Source: Nannocystales bacterium (GTDB taxonomy: Bacteria; Myxococcota_A; Polyangia; Nannocystales; Nannocystaceae). Taken from it: 64,000 bases of DNA. The position numbers and the translations under genes were made by a program. The stretch lies in NCBI GenBank assembly GCA_050633305.1, contig JBOEGF010000010.1:608001-672000 (forward strand), in the 5' to 3' direction. This document shows, piece by piece, positions 39,682 through 49,208 of the stretch (its first letter is position 1; the number at the start of each line of letters is the position of its first letter). The notes beneath the pieces are model-generated. The model saw nothing but the letters and a program-made list of their open reading frames with translations, did not search any database and was not told the DNA's origin.

Positions 39682-39875
39682 CGGGCGATCGTCCGGGGGG
39701 ACTTCACGTTCTCCCCGGCGCTGCGGCGCCCGCCTCGGGGTGGTCGCTGCGGCAACTGCGGGGCGACGGGTCTGGTTCGATGCGCGAAATCGCGATGACA
39801 TCGAGGACCGTGATCCGGCGGCGAGGTTTCCCCTCTGGTGCCGTGCGTCACCGATGACCGGTGTCGCCGCACATC

Positions 39876-40865
39876 ATGAGCAACCACAGCTATTCATCTC
39901 GCACTCTCATCGCCTTGCTCGCCCTCCCGCTGCTCGGCTCTGCAGGCTGCGAACTCGAACTCATCGCAGAACACCTTCCCCTCGCAGACGGGCTCGTCTA
40001 CCCGGATCGACATGTTGCCGCCGTGAGCGACAACCACGAGCACGTCTTCATCGCATCCGCCGTGAATGGGACGCTCAACCTCGTCTCGACCAACGGAACC
40101 CCGCGCGACGAGTTCTCGTTGAGCGATGCTTGGCGCCCGCTGGGCGCCGCAACCTACTACGGCCCCGACTTCGAGGCCTCAGGGTTCTGGCAACACAACG
40201 AGGCCGCCCTCGTCTTGCACCGAAACGGCTCCATTCTCCCTTGGTACCACCACGGTGGAGAGCTGGGCTTTCACTGGGCCGGTCGCATCGTCGTACCCGC
40301 GGCACCGCCCACCGTTGCGTCGGTCACGTACAACGACGTTGACCAGAGTCGCGATGGCGTGGTCTTCGTACTCGCGGATGAGTCCCGTGTCGATGGAACC
40401 GCGCAGTCCCGGATCTGGCGCCGCGGACTCGATGGCTCGTGGACCAGCGTTGTTGGACCCGAAAAATCCTCAGCGCTGGCCTACGACCAACATCTGGACT
40501 CGTTGACGGTCTCCTACACTCGCACGGACGTTCGCGATATCACGCTACGGGAGTACGGTGAGGACCTCTCGTTCACCCGGAGTCGTACGATTCCCGACCT
40601 GGACGAGGTCCGCGACTTCGAGGTGTTGGCGGGGTGGTTCTACATCGGCGCCTCGGCCTGCGAGAACGCGTCGTGTACGGAGCGGACTCGTGAGTTCCAG
40701 GTGCGAAACACAAGCCTTGCCCTGAGCGATGTCGTTGCGGTCGAGGTTGAAGCCGTGGCCCTCGACCTGCCTCCGTTCCCGCTCGATCTCGATTCGAACG
40801 TGGACGTGTGGCGCGCGGGTCCTGCAGCCTCGCAGCTCGCAGAGTACGACGTCGTAGTCCCTTAG
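39876..40865 (+). CDS. Hypothetical lipoprotein (beta-propeller-like)
   Basis: Lipobox SAGC; beta-rich mature part. Confidence 0.75.
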   Translation: MSNHSYSSRTLIALLALPLLGSAGCELELIAEHLPLADGLVYPDRHVAAVSDNHEHVFIASAVNGTLNLVSTNGTPRDEFSLSDAWRPLGAATYYGPDFEASGFWQHNEAALVLHRNGSILPWYHHGGELGFHWAGRIVVPAAPPTVASVTYNDVDQSRDGVVFVLADESRVDGTAQSRIWRRGLDGSWTSVVGPEKSSALAYDQHLDSLTVSYTRTDVRDITLREYGEDLSFTRSRTIPDLDEVRDFEVLAGWFYIGASACENASCTERTREFQVRNTSLALSDVVAVEVEAVALDLPPFPLDLDSNVDVWRAGPAASQLAEYDVVVP

Positions 40866-40942
40866 ACCGCCACCACCAGGGGCTGCGGGGAGCGCGGTCG
40901 CCGGTGGTTGCGTCGCTCACGGCCTTCCTCCACTCTCCGGCC

Positions 40943-43027
40943 GTGAGCGACGCGATTCACCGTTTCTTCGTGACGGCGCCGTTCGGGCTCGTCGATCCGC
41001 TCGCCCATGAGCTCGAGTTGTTGGGCGCGCGGTCGGTGTCCGTGGATGCCACGGGATGCCGCGTCCGCGGTCCGCTGTCGTTCGCGTACCGGATCTGCAT
41101 GCATTCCCACCTGGCCAGCCGGGTGTTCCTGCCCTTGGTCGAACTCATCGCCAAGGATGCCGACGAACTCGCCGCGGCCATCACGGAGATGCCGTGGGAG
41201 GACCACATGGATGTCGACGGGACGCTGGCCGTCGACTTCACGGGTCGCGGGATGGGAATCGACCACACGAAGTATGGCGCCCAACGGGTCAAGGATGGGA
41301 TCACCGATCGCTTCCGGGCCAAGGAAGGGCGGCGGCCGAACGTCGACACGGCCACGCCCGACCTCCGGGTTCATGCCCACGCCCGCGGTCGTGCGTGTCA
41401 GGTGAGTCTGGACCTCTCGGGAGGTGGCCTGCACCGACGGAGCTACCGCACCGAGTCTGGCCCGGCGCCGATCCGCGAAAACCTCGCAGCGATGATGGTG
41501 CTCGAGTCCGGGTGGTCCTCGCTCTCCGAAGAGGCGGACTCCGTCATGATCGATCCGATGTGTGGCGCGGGCACGTTGGTGATCGAGTCTGCGCTCATCG
41601 CCTGCAAACGGGCTCCCGGGTTGTCGCGCGATCGGTTCGGCTTCGAGCGCTGGAAAGGGCACGACGCCGAGGCTTGGGCGAGCATCGTCGAGGAGGCGGA
41701 GGCCGCCGTGCAGACCCCGCGGCGCGTCGTTGCGATGGGCTTCGACGCCGACGAAGGCGTCCTCGAGGTCGCGCGGGCCAATGCAGAGCGCGCAGGTGTC
41801 GGTACCTGTGTTCGGTTCACGGCTTCGCAAAGCGCGGAGGTCCGCCGCCCCGCAAAGGCGAAGCGTGGCGTGGTCATCACCAACCCGCCGTACGGAGAAC
41901 GGCTCGGGGGCAAGGTTGCGGCACGGGCCGCATACACCGAGCTGGGTGTTCTGCTCCAAGACCAGTTTCAAGGGTGGAGGGCGAGCATCATCTCCGTCGA
42001 TGACGCGCTGTTCTCGGCAACGGGGCTCATCCCCGACGTTTCCCGCTCCGTAAAGCAGGGCCCGATGGATGCCCGGATCGTAGGAGCCCAGGTGGCTCCG
42101 GTTGCGGGCGACCTCGTCAACCGGATGCGCAAGAACCACAAGCGACTGCTCAAGTGGGTGCGGCGCGAGGAGGTCGAGGTCTATCGCGTCTATGATGCCG
42201 ACCTGCCCGAGTACTCCGCGGCGGTCGACCTCTACCGCGACCGAGCTGTCGTGCAGGAATACGCGCCCCCGGCCGAGATCCCTGCGGACAAGGCCGCGAC
42301 CCGCCGGCTGGAGATCGTGACCGCCGTGGCCAACGTGTTCAACATCGCGCCACACCACGTCTATGTGAAGACGCGACGCCGTCAAAAGGGGGCGGACCAA
42401 TACGCGAAGGCAGAGGTCGAGCCCGCCGTGTGCATCGTGTCCGAAGCAGGCCTTCGGTTTCGTGTCGATCTGGCGTCGTATCTCGACACGGGGCTGTTCC
42501 CCGACCACCGACGAACCCGAGCGATGTTCGCCGAGCTGTCTCGGGGCAAGGACGTGCTCAATCTGTTCGCATACACGGGGACCGCGACGGTTCATGCTGC
42601 CCGCGGGGGCGCGGCGTCGACGACCACGGTCGACCTCTCGAAGACGTATCTCGACTGGGCGAAGCGCAACTTCGAGCTCAACGGCATCGAGGGCGATCAA
42701 CATCGCATCGTGCGCGCCAACGTGCTGGCGTGGCTCGAGGAGGAGACACGGGCCTATGACGTCGTTTTCTGCGACCCTCCGACGTTCTCCAACTCGAAGT
42801 CGATGGAGACGACCTGGGAAGTTCAGCGCGACCACCCTGACCTGCTCAGCCGCGTGGCCGCTCGACTGCGGCCTGGCGGCATCATCCTGTTCAGTACGAA
42901 CGCACGGCGTTTCACGATGTCGGACGCGCTCGAGGGGCTGGAGGTCGAGGAGATTACCCGCCACACGACGTCCCCGGACTTCGAACGTCGGCCCTTGCAT
43001 CGCGCGTGGCGGCTCACGAGAGCGTAA
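40943..43027 (+). CDS. rlmL: Bifunctional 23S rRNA m2G2445/m7G2069 methyltransferase RlmKL
   Basis: THUMP plus DPMCGAGT and NPPYGERL; second MTase YRVYDADLPEY, YLDTGLF, LNLFAYTG, DPPTFSNSK. Confidence 0.93.
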   Translation: MSDAIHRFFVTAPFGLVDPLAHELELLGARSVSVDATGCRVRGPLSFAYRICMHSHLASRVFLPLVELIAKDADELAAAITEMPWEDHMDVDGTLAVDFTGRGMGIDHTKYGAQRVKDGITDRFRAKEGRRPNVDTATPDLRVHAHARGRACQVSLDLSGGGLHRRSYRTESGPAPIRENLAAMMVLESGWSSLSEEADSVMIDPMCGAGTLVIESALIACKRAPGLSRDRFGFERWKGHDAEAWASIVEEAEAAVQTPRRVVAMGFDADEGVLEVARANAERAGVGTCVRFTASQSAEVRRPAKAKRGVVITNPPYGERLGGKVAARAAYTELGVLLQDQFQGWRASIISVDDALFSATGLIPDVSRSVKQGPMDARIVGAQVAPVAGDLVNRMRKNHKRLLKWVRREEVEVYRVYDADLPEYSAAVDLYRDRAVVQEYAPPAEIPADKAATRRLEIVTAVANVFNIAPHHVYVKTRRRQKGADQYAKAEVEPAVCIVSEAGLRFRVDLASYLDTGLFPDHRRTRAMFAELSRGKDVLNLFAYTGTATVHAARGGAASTTTVDLSKTYLDWAKRNFELNGIEGDQHRIVRANVLAWLEEETRAYDVVFCDPPTFSNSKSMETTWEVQRDHPDLLSRVAARLRPGGIILFSTNARRFTMSDALEGLEVEEITRHTTSPDFERRPLHRAWRLTRA

Positions 43028-43066
43028 GCACCGCTGCCACGCTGAGCTGCTACGTTTCCGAAGCGC

Positions 43067-45727
43067 GTGACCGTCACTGTGGACGATAACGACTCGGGCA
43101 CGCTGGCCGGCGAGTTCCGGGCGGCGGGTCGGGAGGCTCGTGCACTCGATGCGAGTCGGATGTTCGAGTCCCTCAGCGCCAAGCTGTTCGACGGGGGCCG
43201 TACAGTCAGCATCGGGCGGTTCGAGCTGCGTGAGCGGTTGGGCGCGGGCGGCATGGGCGTTGTGATGTCCGCGTTCGACCCGCAGTTGCACCGGACGGTC
43301 GCGGTCAAGGTCCTCCGGGACGCGGGCGACTCCGAAGAACAGGCCCGGTTGCTGGACGAGGCGCGGGCGATGGCGAAGGTCCGTCATCCCAACCTCGTGA
43401 CGGTGTACGAGGCGGGAACGCACGAAGACTCCGTCTACATTGTGATGGAGTTCGTCGAGGGCGGGACCTTGCGGGCGTGGTTGGAGGGTAGCCCCCGCAC
43501 TTGGCGTGACGTGGCGCAGGTGTTCTTGCAGGCGGGGCGAGGTCTCGCCGCCATTCACGATGCGGGCATGGTCCACCGCGACTTCAAGCCGGACAACGTG
43601 TTGCTCGGCGAAGACGGTCGCCCGCAGGTCTCCGACTTTGGGCTTGCACGGCATCAGCGAGCGCCGATGGCTTCCGTCGACCTCGAGGCGAGCGAGGACG
43701 GAGACGCAAACGCGACCCAAACGGGCGGGCTGGCAGGGACCCCGAACTACCTCGCGCCAGAGCAGTGGCGGGGTGAACGTGCCGACGCGACCAGCGATCA
43801 GTGGAGCTTCTGCGTGACGCTCCACGAGGCGCTGTTCGGTCAGCGTCCGTTCGAGTGCACCACCGTCGCCGAGCTGTGTTTGGCCGTGATGTCGGGCAAG
43901 CGGACCGCGCTGCCCGAGTCAGTGCCAGCCGTTCCGCGGTGGTTGGAGAGGATCCTCGAGCGCGGGCTTTCCACGGAGCGGAGCGCCCGGTTCCGCACGA
44001 TGCACGAGCTGGCCGCGGCGATCGAGAACGGGCTCGACACGCGCCGAGGGCGGACGCTGAGGGTCGCCGCGCTGGCCACGTTGGGCACTGGGGCGGTTGC
44101 AGGCGTTGCGTTCGTGGCAACGCAGGATACGCCCTGTCAGGATATCGATCTGCGCCTCGAGGAGGCGTGGACCCCGTCGCGCAAGGCGAGCATCGCGGCG
44201 CAGTTCACCGCCGTACCCGAGTTTGGCGAGGCGGTTTGGGGCCTGCTCGAATCCAAACTCGATGCTCGGGTCGAGGAGTGGACGGAGCAGCGCCGTGATG
44301 CATGCGAGGGCACCCACGTTCGCGGCGAGCAATCGCATGAGGCGCTCGATCTTCGGATGCGGTGCCTCGATCGCCGCGCTGTGGAGGTCGAATCGCTGCT
44401 CGAGACCTACGACACGATCGAGCCCGAAGGCGTGCCGCTCGCGTTGACTCGGCTGGGTCGCCTGCCTGCCATCGATGTCTGCGCTGACCTGGAGTTTCTC
44501 GAACTCTCACAGCCGACACCCGAGGCCGCGGAGGAGCGCGAGGCGGTCGCGAAGCTTCGTGAACGCGGCGGTCGGCTCAACGCCACCTCGGGCGGGGACA
44601 ACCTCGAGGAGTTCGAAGCAGCAGCTGTGGCCTTGGTCGCGGATGCGGTCGAGCTTGGCTATGAGCCGTTCATCGCCGAGGCCAAACTGACGCGGGCAAA
44701 AATCGAGAGCCTGCTGGGTCACGGTGAAGTGGCGGGAAACTTGTACGAGGAGGCGTTCGAGCACGCCCTCGCCACCGGTCACTTGAAGGTTCAGGTGTGG
44801 TCCGCTGTCGTCGCGACCTTTGTCTATGCCGAACAGGTCCGCGACCCCAAGGCAGCCGATCGCTGGGGCCGTCAGGCTCAGGCGTTGCTTCGTGCTCACC
44901 CGTATTTTCAGCCCGCCCGTCGAGCACTTCAGACGAATCTTGGGAGTGCGGCGTTGCGCGCAGGCGACTTTGACAAGGCGCGCGAGCACTTTGATGAGGC
45001 GGTTCGGCTGTTCGAAGAGGCAGGACTCGGCGAATCGATCGATGCGATCGGGGCTGAGGCAAACCTCGGAATCCTCGAGCGGCGGGCCGGCAACCTCGAC
45101 GAAGCCATGACACGTCTCGAGCAGGCGAAGGCGAATGCCAGGCGCGGTTTGGGCGATGCGCACCCGATTGTGGGGAGCATCAGCAACAGCCTGGCGGCGG
45201 TCTATCTGAATCTGGAACGTTTCGACGACGCCGAGGCCCAGTACCGCGAGTCGTTGGAGCTTCTCGAGCGGAACCCTGCGACCGGGTCATCTCGCATCGG
45301 GCATCCGTTGAACAACCTCGGCCAACTGCTCGTGGAGCGTGGCGAAGCAGAGGAAGGGGTGCCGCTCCTCAGCCGTTGTATTCGGCTCTGGACCCAGAGC
45401 GAGGGGGCCGACTACCCGGGACTCGCCGGCCCTTTGTCGTACCGAGGAGAGGGGCTCGTGGCGCTTGGACGGGTTGAAGAAGCCCAGGCTGACTTATTGC
45501 GGGCGCGCGAGCTTCAGCCGAAGTCCGCCTCTCCTGATGAGCAGGGCCGGGTTCTTCTGTTGCTGGCGCGCGCCTATGCGACGACCGACCAGGCGCGCGC
45601 CGAAGGCTTCATCGAGGATGCCCGAGCCTTGGAGACCACCGGGCCCGAGCTGTTGCGCAAGCTGGCGGACTGGCCGGACGCTGCAACCCAAACCCAAACC
45701 CAAACCCAAACCCTGGCCCGGGACTAG
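43067..45727 (+). CDS. Ser/Thr kinase - TM - TPR receptor
   Basis: LGAGGMGVV, HRDFKPDN, DFGLAR, GTPNYLAPEQ, TM, multiple TPRs. Confidence 0.93.
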   Translation: MTVTVDDNDSGTLAGEFRAAGREARALDASRMFESLSAKLFDGGRTVSIGRFELRERLGAGGMGVVMSAFDPQLHRTVAVKVLRDAGDSEEQARLLDEARAMAKVRHPNLVTVYEAGTHEDSVYIVMEFVEGGTLRAWLEGSPRTWRDVAQVFLQAGRGLAAIHDAGMVHRDFKPDNVLLGEDGRPQVSDFGLARHQRAPMASVDLEASEDGDANATQTGGLAGTPNYLAPEQWRGERADATSDQWSFCVTLHEALFGQRPFECTTVAELCLAVMSGKRTALPESVPAVPRWLERILERGLSTERSARFRTMHELAAAIENGLDTRRGRTLRVAALATLGTGAVAGVAFVATQDTPCQDIDLRLEEAWTPSRKASIAAQFTAVPEFGEAVWGLLESKLDARVEEWTEQRRDACEGTHVRGEQSHEALDLRMRCLDRRAVEVESLLETYDTIEPEGVPLALTRLGRLPAIDVCADLEFLELSQPTPEAAEEREAVAKLRERGGRLNATSGGDNLEEFEAAAVALVADAVELGYEPFIAEAKLTRAKIESLLGHGEVAGNLYEEAFEHALATGHLKVQVWSAVVATFVYAEQVRDPKAADRWGRQAQALLRAHPYFQPARRALQTNLGSAALRAGDFDKAREHFDEAVRLFEEAGLGESIDAIGAEANLGILERRAGNLDEAMTRLEQAKANARRGLGDAHPIVGSISNSLAAVYLNLERFDDAEAQYRESLELLERNPATGSSRIGHPLNNLGQLLVERGEAEEGVPLLSRCIRLWTQSEGADYPGLAGPLSYRGEGLVALGRVEEAQADLLRARELQPKSASPDEQGRVLLLLARAYATTDQARAEGFIEDARALETTGPELLRKLADWPDAATQTQTQTQTLARD
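45685..45713 (+). repeat. Hexamer microsatellite (ACCCAA)n encoding TQTQTQTQT
   Basis: Seen directly in the sequence. Confidence 0.9.
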
Positions 45728-45755
45728 GGGTCCGGACCGCGGTTGGGCTCGCGGG

Positions 45756-46175
45756 CTACCAGGAGCCGGTGTTTTCCATGCTGGCCCAGGGCTCGGCTGG
45801 AGCGAGGCGTTCTCCGGCTTGCAACAGCTCGACGGAAATCCCATCGGGAGAGCGGACGAACGCCATGTATCCGTCTCGTGGGGGCCGGTTGATCGTCACC
45901 CCGGCGGCCTGAAGTCGGGCACAGGTCTCGTAGATGTTCTCGACTCGATACGCCAGGTGCCCAAAGTTCCGGCCCCCCGCGTAGGGCTCTTCGTTGTCCC
46001 AGTTGTGGGTCAGCTCGACCTCGGGGGCACCGGGTTCGGTCGCGAGGAACACGAGCGTGAAGCGCCCCTTGGGCACGTCCTTTCGGCTCGTCTCGACGAG
46101 GCCGAGCTTGTTGACGAAGAAGTCGAGCGCCGCGTCCAGGTCGCGGACGCGGATCATCGTGTGCAGGTACTTCAC
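45756..46175 (-). CDS. gloA: Lactoylglutathione lyase (glyoxalase I)
   Basis: [42 protein letters not shown]. Confidence 0.9.
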   Translation of the reverse strand: MKYLHTMIRVRDLDAALDFFVNKLGLVETSRKDVPKGRFTLVFLATEPGAPEVELTHNWDNEEPYAGGRNFGHLAYRVENIYETCARLQAAGVTINRPPRDGYMAFVRSPDGISVELLQAGERLAPAEPWASMENTGSW

Positions 46176-46185
46176 CGCCCGGAGG

Positions 46186-46794
46186 CTACCTGAAGTTCTC
46201 GCGCTTCTTATGGCGGCCATCGCACCAGGGCTTGTTCTTCGACAGGCCACAGCGACACAGGGTTGCGCGGGTGTCGTCTTGTCGCTCGTTGAGCTCCGCG
46301 TTGATCTCGAACTTCTGCTGCACCCGGAGCTCGCCGCCCTCCATGATGTCGATCGCCGGGCCAGCAACCGCGGCTGGGGTGGCGACCTCGGTGGACTCGT
46401 AGCTCAGCGCGCCGGAGGGGCACGACTGCACCACGCAGGCGATCTCCGCTGCAGCCTCGGCATCACCCTCGAGCTCCCGCTTGCGGAGTTCTTTGAGCGG
46501 CTTGCAGTAGAACACGTGCATGCAAGCGTTGGGGTTGAAGAACGTCCGAATGCTCTTCCCCTCCCACACGTGGATGTCCTTGCCGGCTCCTTCGCTGGGC
46601 TCGGCCACGAAGCCCGCCTTGGTGTGGCTCCCGTCGCAGAACGGTGGGTTCTGGCTCTCGCCGCATCGGCACACGTAGACGTCCTTTCCGGCCTCCACGG
46701 CGACTGCTTCGCCACAGTAGTTGAGCGTGAGCTCGTCGCCCGAGATCTTGAGGGGACCGTTGTCGAGAACTGTGAGCGAGATCGGCTTGTTCAT
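46186..46794 (-). CDS. Double CDGSH iron-sulfur domain protein with central ferredoxin-like domain
   Basis: [45 protein letters not shown]. Confidence 0.92.
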   Translation of the reverse strand: MNKPISLTVLDNGPLKISGDELTLNYCGEAVAVEAGKDVYVCRCGESQNPPFCDGSHTKAGFVAEPSEGAGKDIHVWEGKSIRTFFNPNACMHVFYCKPLKELRKRELEGDAEAAAEIACVVQSCPSGALSYESTEVATPAAVAGPAIDIMEGGELRVQQKFEINAELNERQDDTRATLCRCGLSKNKPWCDGRHKKRENFR

Positions 46795-46895
46795 GGTGCG
46801 CTTCCAAGCCTACGCGGTCTTACGATCCGTGTGCCACAGAGGAGCGTTCCGCTAGCGTGAACGCTGTTGCCGGGCCCGAGTCCGAGCGGGCGTGC

Positions 46896-47783
46896 TCAGC
46901 TGTCGGCGACTTCGCCGTAGCGCGTCAGCGTCAGTTCAACGCTCGTGCAGTCTTCACGCAGGCTTGGGAGCTCGGGGTCGAACGGATCGTCGAGGTCGAA
47001 ACTCTCCTCGCAGTAGATCGCAAGCAGCTGCTCGTCGGCGACATCGGTCGAAAGACGGCTCGCGTGTTCGAGCGTGAGAGCATGGGGTCCCGAGCGTGCT
47101 TCGAGCTGGGTGACCGGCATCAAGATCTGGACCGCAGGGCGGGAGTCTTCTCCGTCGGTATCGGAGAGTTCCTCGGCGTCCGGAGCATTGGGATCGGCTT
47201 GGGTTGCGGAGATGACCGCGACGTAGCCTGCTTCGTGCGGCGAGACGTGCAGGGTGACCGCGGTGTCCCACGAGACGCGGTCGCCGTGTTCGATCCGAGC
47301 TTGCGAGGACGATGGCGAGGACGATGGCGAGGACGAGGACGATGCGGCGACCGAGAAGTCCAGCGCAGGTGTGAACATCGCCGCCCCCTCGAGTTCGGCC
47401 GTCGTGGTGTAGGGGCTGGCGGTCAGCGGTGTGTCCTCGGGCTCGCTGCGCTCGACCTGTTGTGGCTCGGGGAGGGCCATCATCAAGAGGGCGGCCGCCG
47501 CCGCAACCGTGCCGGCGATGCCCAGCGTGCCCAGCCACTTCTGCGGCTTCTCCTTCGACTCCGCCGCCAAGGGGGGGGGTACGGAGAACGAGACCGCATC
47601 CGACCGCATGGATGCGATCCGGTTCGCACAGAGCTCACAGCTCTCCACGTGCTCGATCACCGCCTCGCACATGGGTGTAGACAGCTCGCCGACCTCAAAG
47701 CGGTCGAGGGTGAGCATGGTGAGGTGCCCGTCGCGGGCGAACAAACCTGCATGCAGCGGACGGACGTTGTCGTGCGTGGTCAC
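46896..47783 (-). CDS. Zinc-binding (ZAS/zf-HC2) anti-sigma factor with TM
   Basis: H..HVESCELC, TM LGTLGIAGTVAAAAALLMMAL; overlaps the ECF stop codon. Confidence 0.85.
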   Translation of the reverse strand: MTTHDNVRPLHAGLFARDGHLTMLTLDRFEVGELSTPMCEAVIEHVESCELCANRIASMRSDAVSFSVPPPLAAESKEKPQKWLGTLGIAGTVAAAAALLMMALPEPQQVERSEPEDTPLTASPYTTTAELEGAAMFTPALDFSVAASSSSSPSSSPSSSQARIEHGDRVSWDTAVTLHVSPHEAGYVAVISATQADPNAPDAEELSDTDGEDSRPAVQILMPVTQLEARSGPHALTLEHASRLSTDVADEQLLAIYCEESFDLDDPFDPELPSLREDCTSVELTLTRYGEVADS

Positions 47784-48304
47784 GGGGTGGCTCCTTGAGG
47801 GGGGTCGGCGGGGTGGTCGGCGGCCTGATGAGCGAGGTCGCGGAGGCGAGCGAGGCGGTTGCCCACTGTCCGCGGCGAACAGCCGACGACCCGGGCGACT
47901 TCGGCGTGGCTCATGCCATCGACGAAGTAGTGCAGACCGATCGCGACGTGCTCATCATCGAGCTGCCGCCAGAACTGCTTGAGAAAGGTGACCGTGTCCT
48001 GGTCGGCCAGCCCACAGGGGACCGTCCAGGGTGCCTGCCCGTGTTCACGCCAAAGCTCGGCTCGGCGATTCGCATTGCGAAGCCGGTTGAGGCAGTGGTT
48101 TGTCGTGAGCCGGTAGAGCCACGTGGTCGCCGATGCGTCTTCCCGAAATCCCCCGATCCGCTCGAGGGTCTTCACGAAGACTTCATGCACGACCTCCTCT
48201 GCCTCGGACTGCGGGTAGAACCGCAGTACCCACCGAAACACGCGGGATGCGTGATCAGCGTAGAGCTTGCCGACGTCGGTCGGCTGCGCCCCGTGAGAAG
48301 CCAT
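47780..48304 (-). CDS. ECF sigma factor
   Basis: AEEVVHEVF, TWLYRLTTNHCLNRLR, GMSHAEVARVVGCSPRTVGNRL. Confidence 0.9.
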   Translation of the reverse strand: MASHGAQPTDVGKLYADHASRVFRWVLRFYPQSEAEEVVHEVFVKTLERIGGFREDASATTWLYRLTTNHCLNRLRNANRRAELWREHGQAPWTVPCGLADQDTVTFLKQFWRQLDDEHVAIGLHYFVDGMSHAEVARVVGCSPRTVGNRLARLRDLAHQAADHPADPPQGATP

Positions 48305-48481
48305 GCCGACATTAAGACCCTTGAAGCCCCGGCGTGCGCAAGCCGAGGGCCGACAAAGCTCCAAAGCACGCGAATGCGGTGCCAGCCGCATCAGCGCTAC
48401 GGTTTGCCGCAGGTTGCGCGCGGCCTTCTGGCCGGTGTCACCGCGTGCAACGAATCGGCCGCTTGTGCGTCTGTAGGTCAG

Positions 48482-49180
48482 ATGGGCTGGCGTTGGCGTG
48501 ATTCGTGGGCAGTTCGGGCGTGGTTTGCGGCGAGCGTGGCGGCTGCTGTGGGCGTCGGCGTGGGCTGGGGGAACTACTTTCGCCTGCCCGGAGCCATTCG
48601 GATCGATTGGGCCACGATCGGTCCTCTCGTGGTCGCGTTTGGCGGACTTTGTGCGCTCATGCTGGGCCTGGGCCTGGGTGGCGGCATGGTGGTTGTCTCT
48701 CGCAATCACGGCGTGAAAACGAGCGCCCTCCGACTCTCGCTCGGAGCGATGGGCGGCGGGCTGTTGGCAGGGACCATCCCGGCGACACTGGGCATCGGCG
48801 GCTTTGCGCAGCTTCACGCACCCTACGGCGGCACAGCCAACATTCTGGGCTCGTGTTTGTTGGCCAGCGCCACATTCGTGGCTTTGTTCGCTCCGCTCCT
48901 TCATCGGGAACGTCGTGTCGGCTTGCTCGGGCGTCTCGGGTTGGCCTCGATCGCCTCCTGCGTCACGGCTGTGACCCTTGGAGGTCTCGCGTGGATCTTC
49001 GTTCGTGAACTCGCGCTCGAGCCGAGCTTTGCCGAGATCGCGACCCTCGCCGAAGACATCGGCTTGTGGTCGTTCTCGCTGTACGTGGGCGCGGCACTCT
49101 CCGTGTTGCTCGGCTTGTTCGTGGGCCTCGCGACCTGGGTCTATCTCTCCTTGGTGCTCGCCGTACGCCGACCCTCTTGA
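48482..49180 (+). CDS. Hypothetical multi-pass membrane protein
   Basis: About six hydrophobic Gly-rich segments. Confidence 0.75.
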   Translation: MGWRWRDSWAVRAWFAASVAAAVGVGVGWGNYFRLPGAIRIDWATIGPLVVAFGGLCALMLGLGLGGGMVVVSRNHGVKTSALRLSLGAMGGGLLAGTIPATLGIGGFAQLHAPYGGTANILGSCLLASATFVALFAPLLHRERRVGLLGRLGLASIASCVTAVTLGGLAWIFVRELALEPSFAEIATLAEDIGLWSFSLYVGAALSVLLGLFVGLATWVYLSLVLAVRRPS

Positions 49181-49208
49181 GTCGCCGCGAGCGCAACGGC
49201 CCGACCGA

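Noticed and set aside
43162..43181. GTTCGAGTCCCTCAGCGCCA resembling a tRNA 3' end or att site
   Set aside because: No T-stem or acceptor-stem pairing, and it lies in frame inside the kinase CDS
40862..43825. 987-aa minus-strand ORF (similarly 60832-63369, 6735-8492, 54449-55912 and others)
   Set aside because: Antisense shadows of well-supported genes in high-GC DNA, with no recognisable motifs
47303..47344. Short tandem repeats here and at 45685, 55164 and ~61600-61650 as CRISPR or contingency loci
   Set aside because: Units are multiples of 3 encoding low-complexity linkers, with no spacers or cas genes
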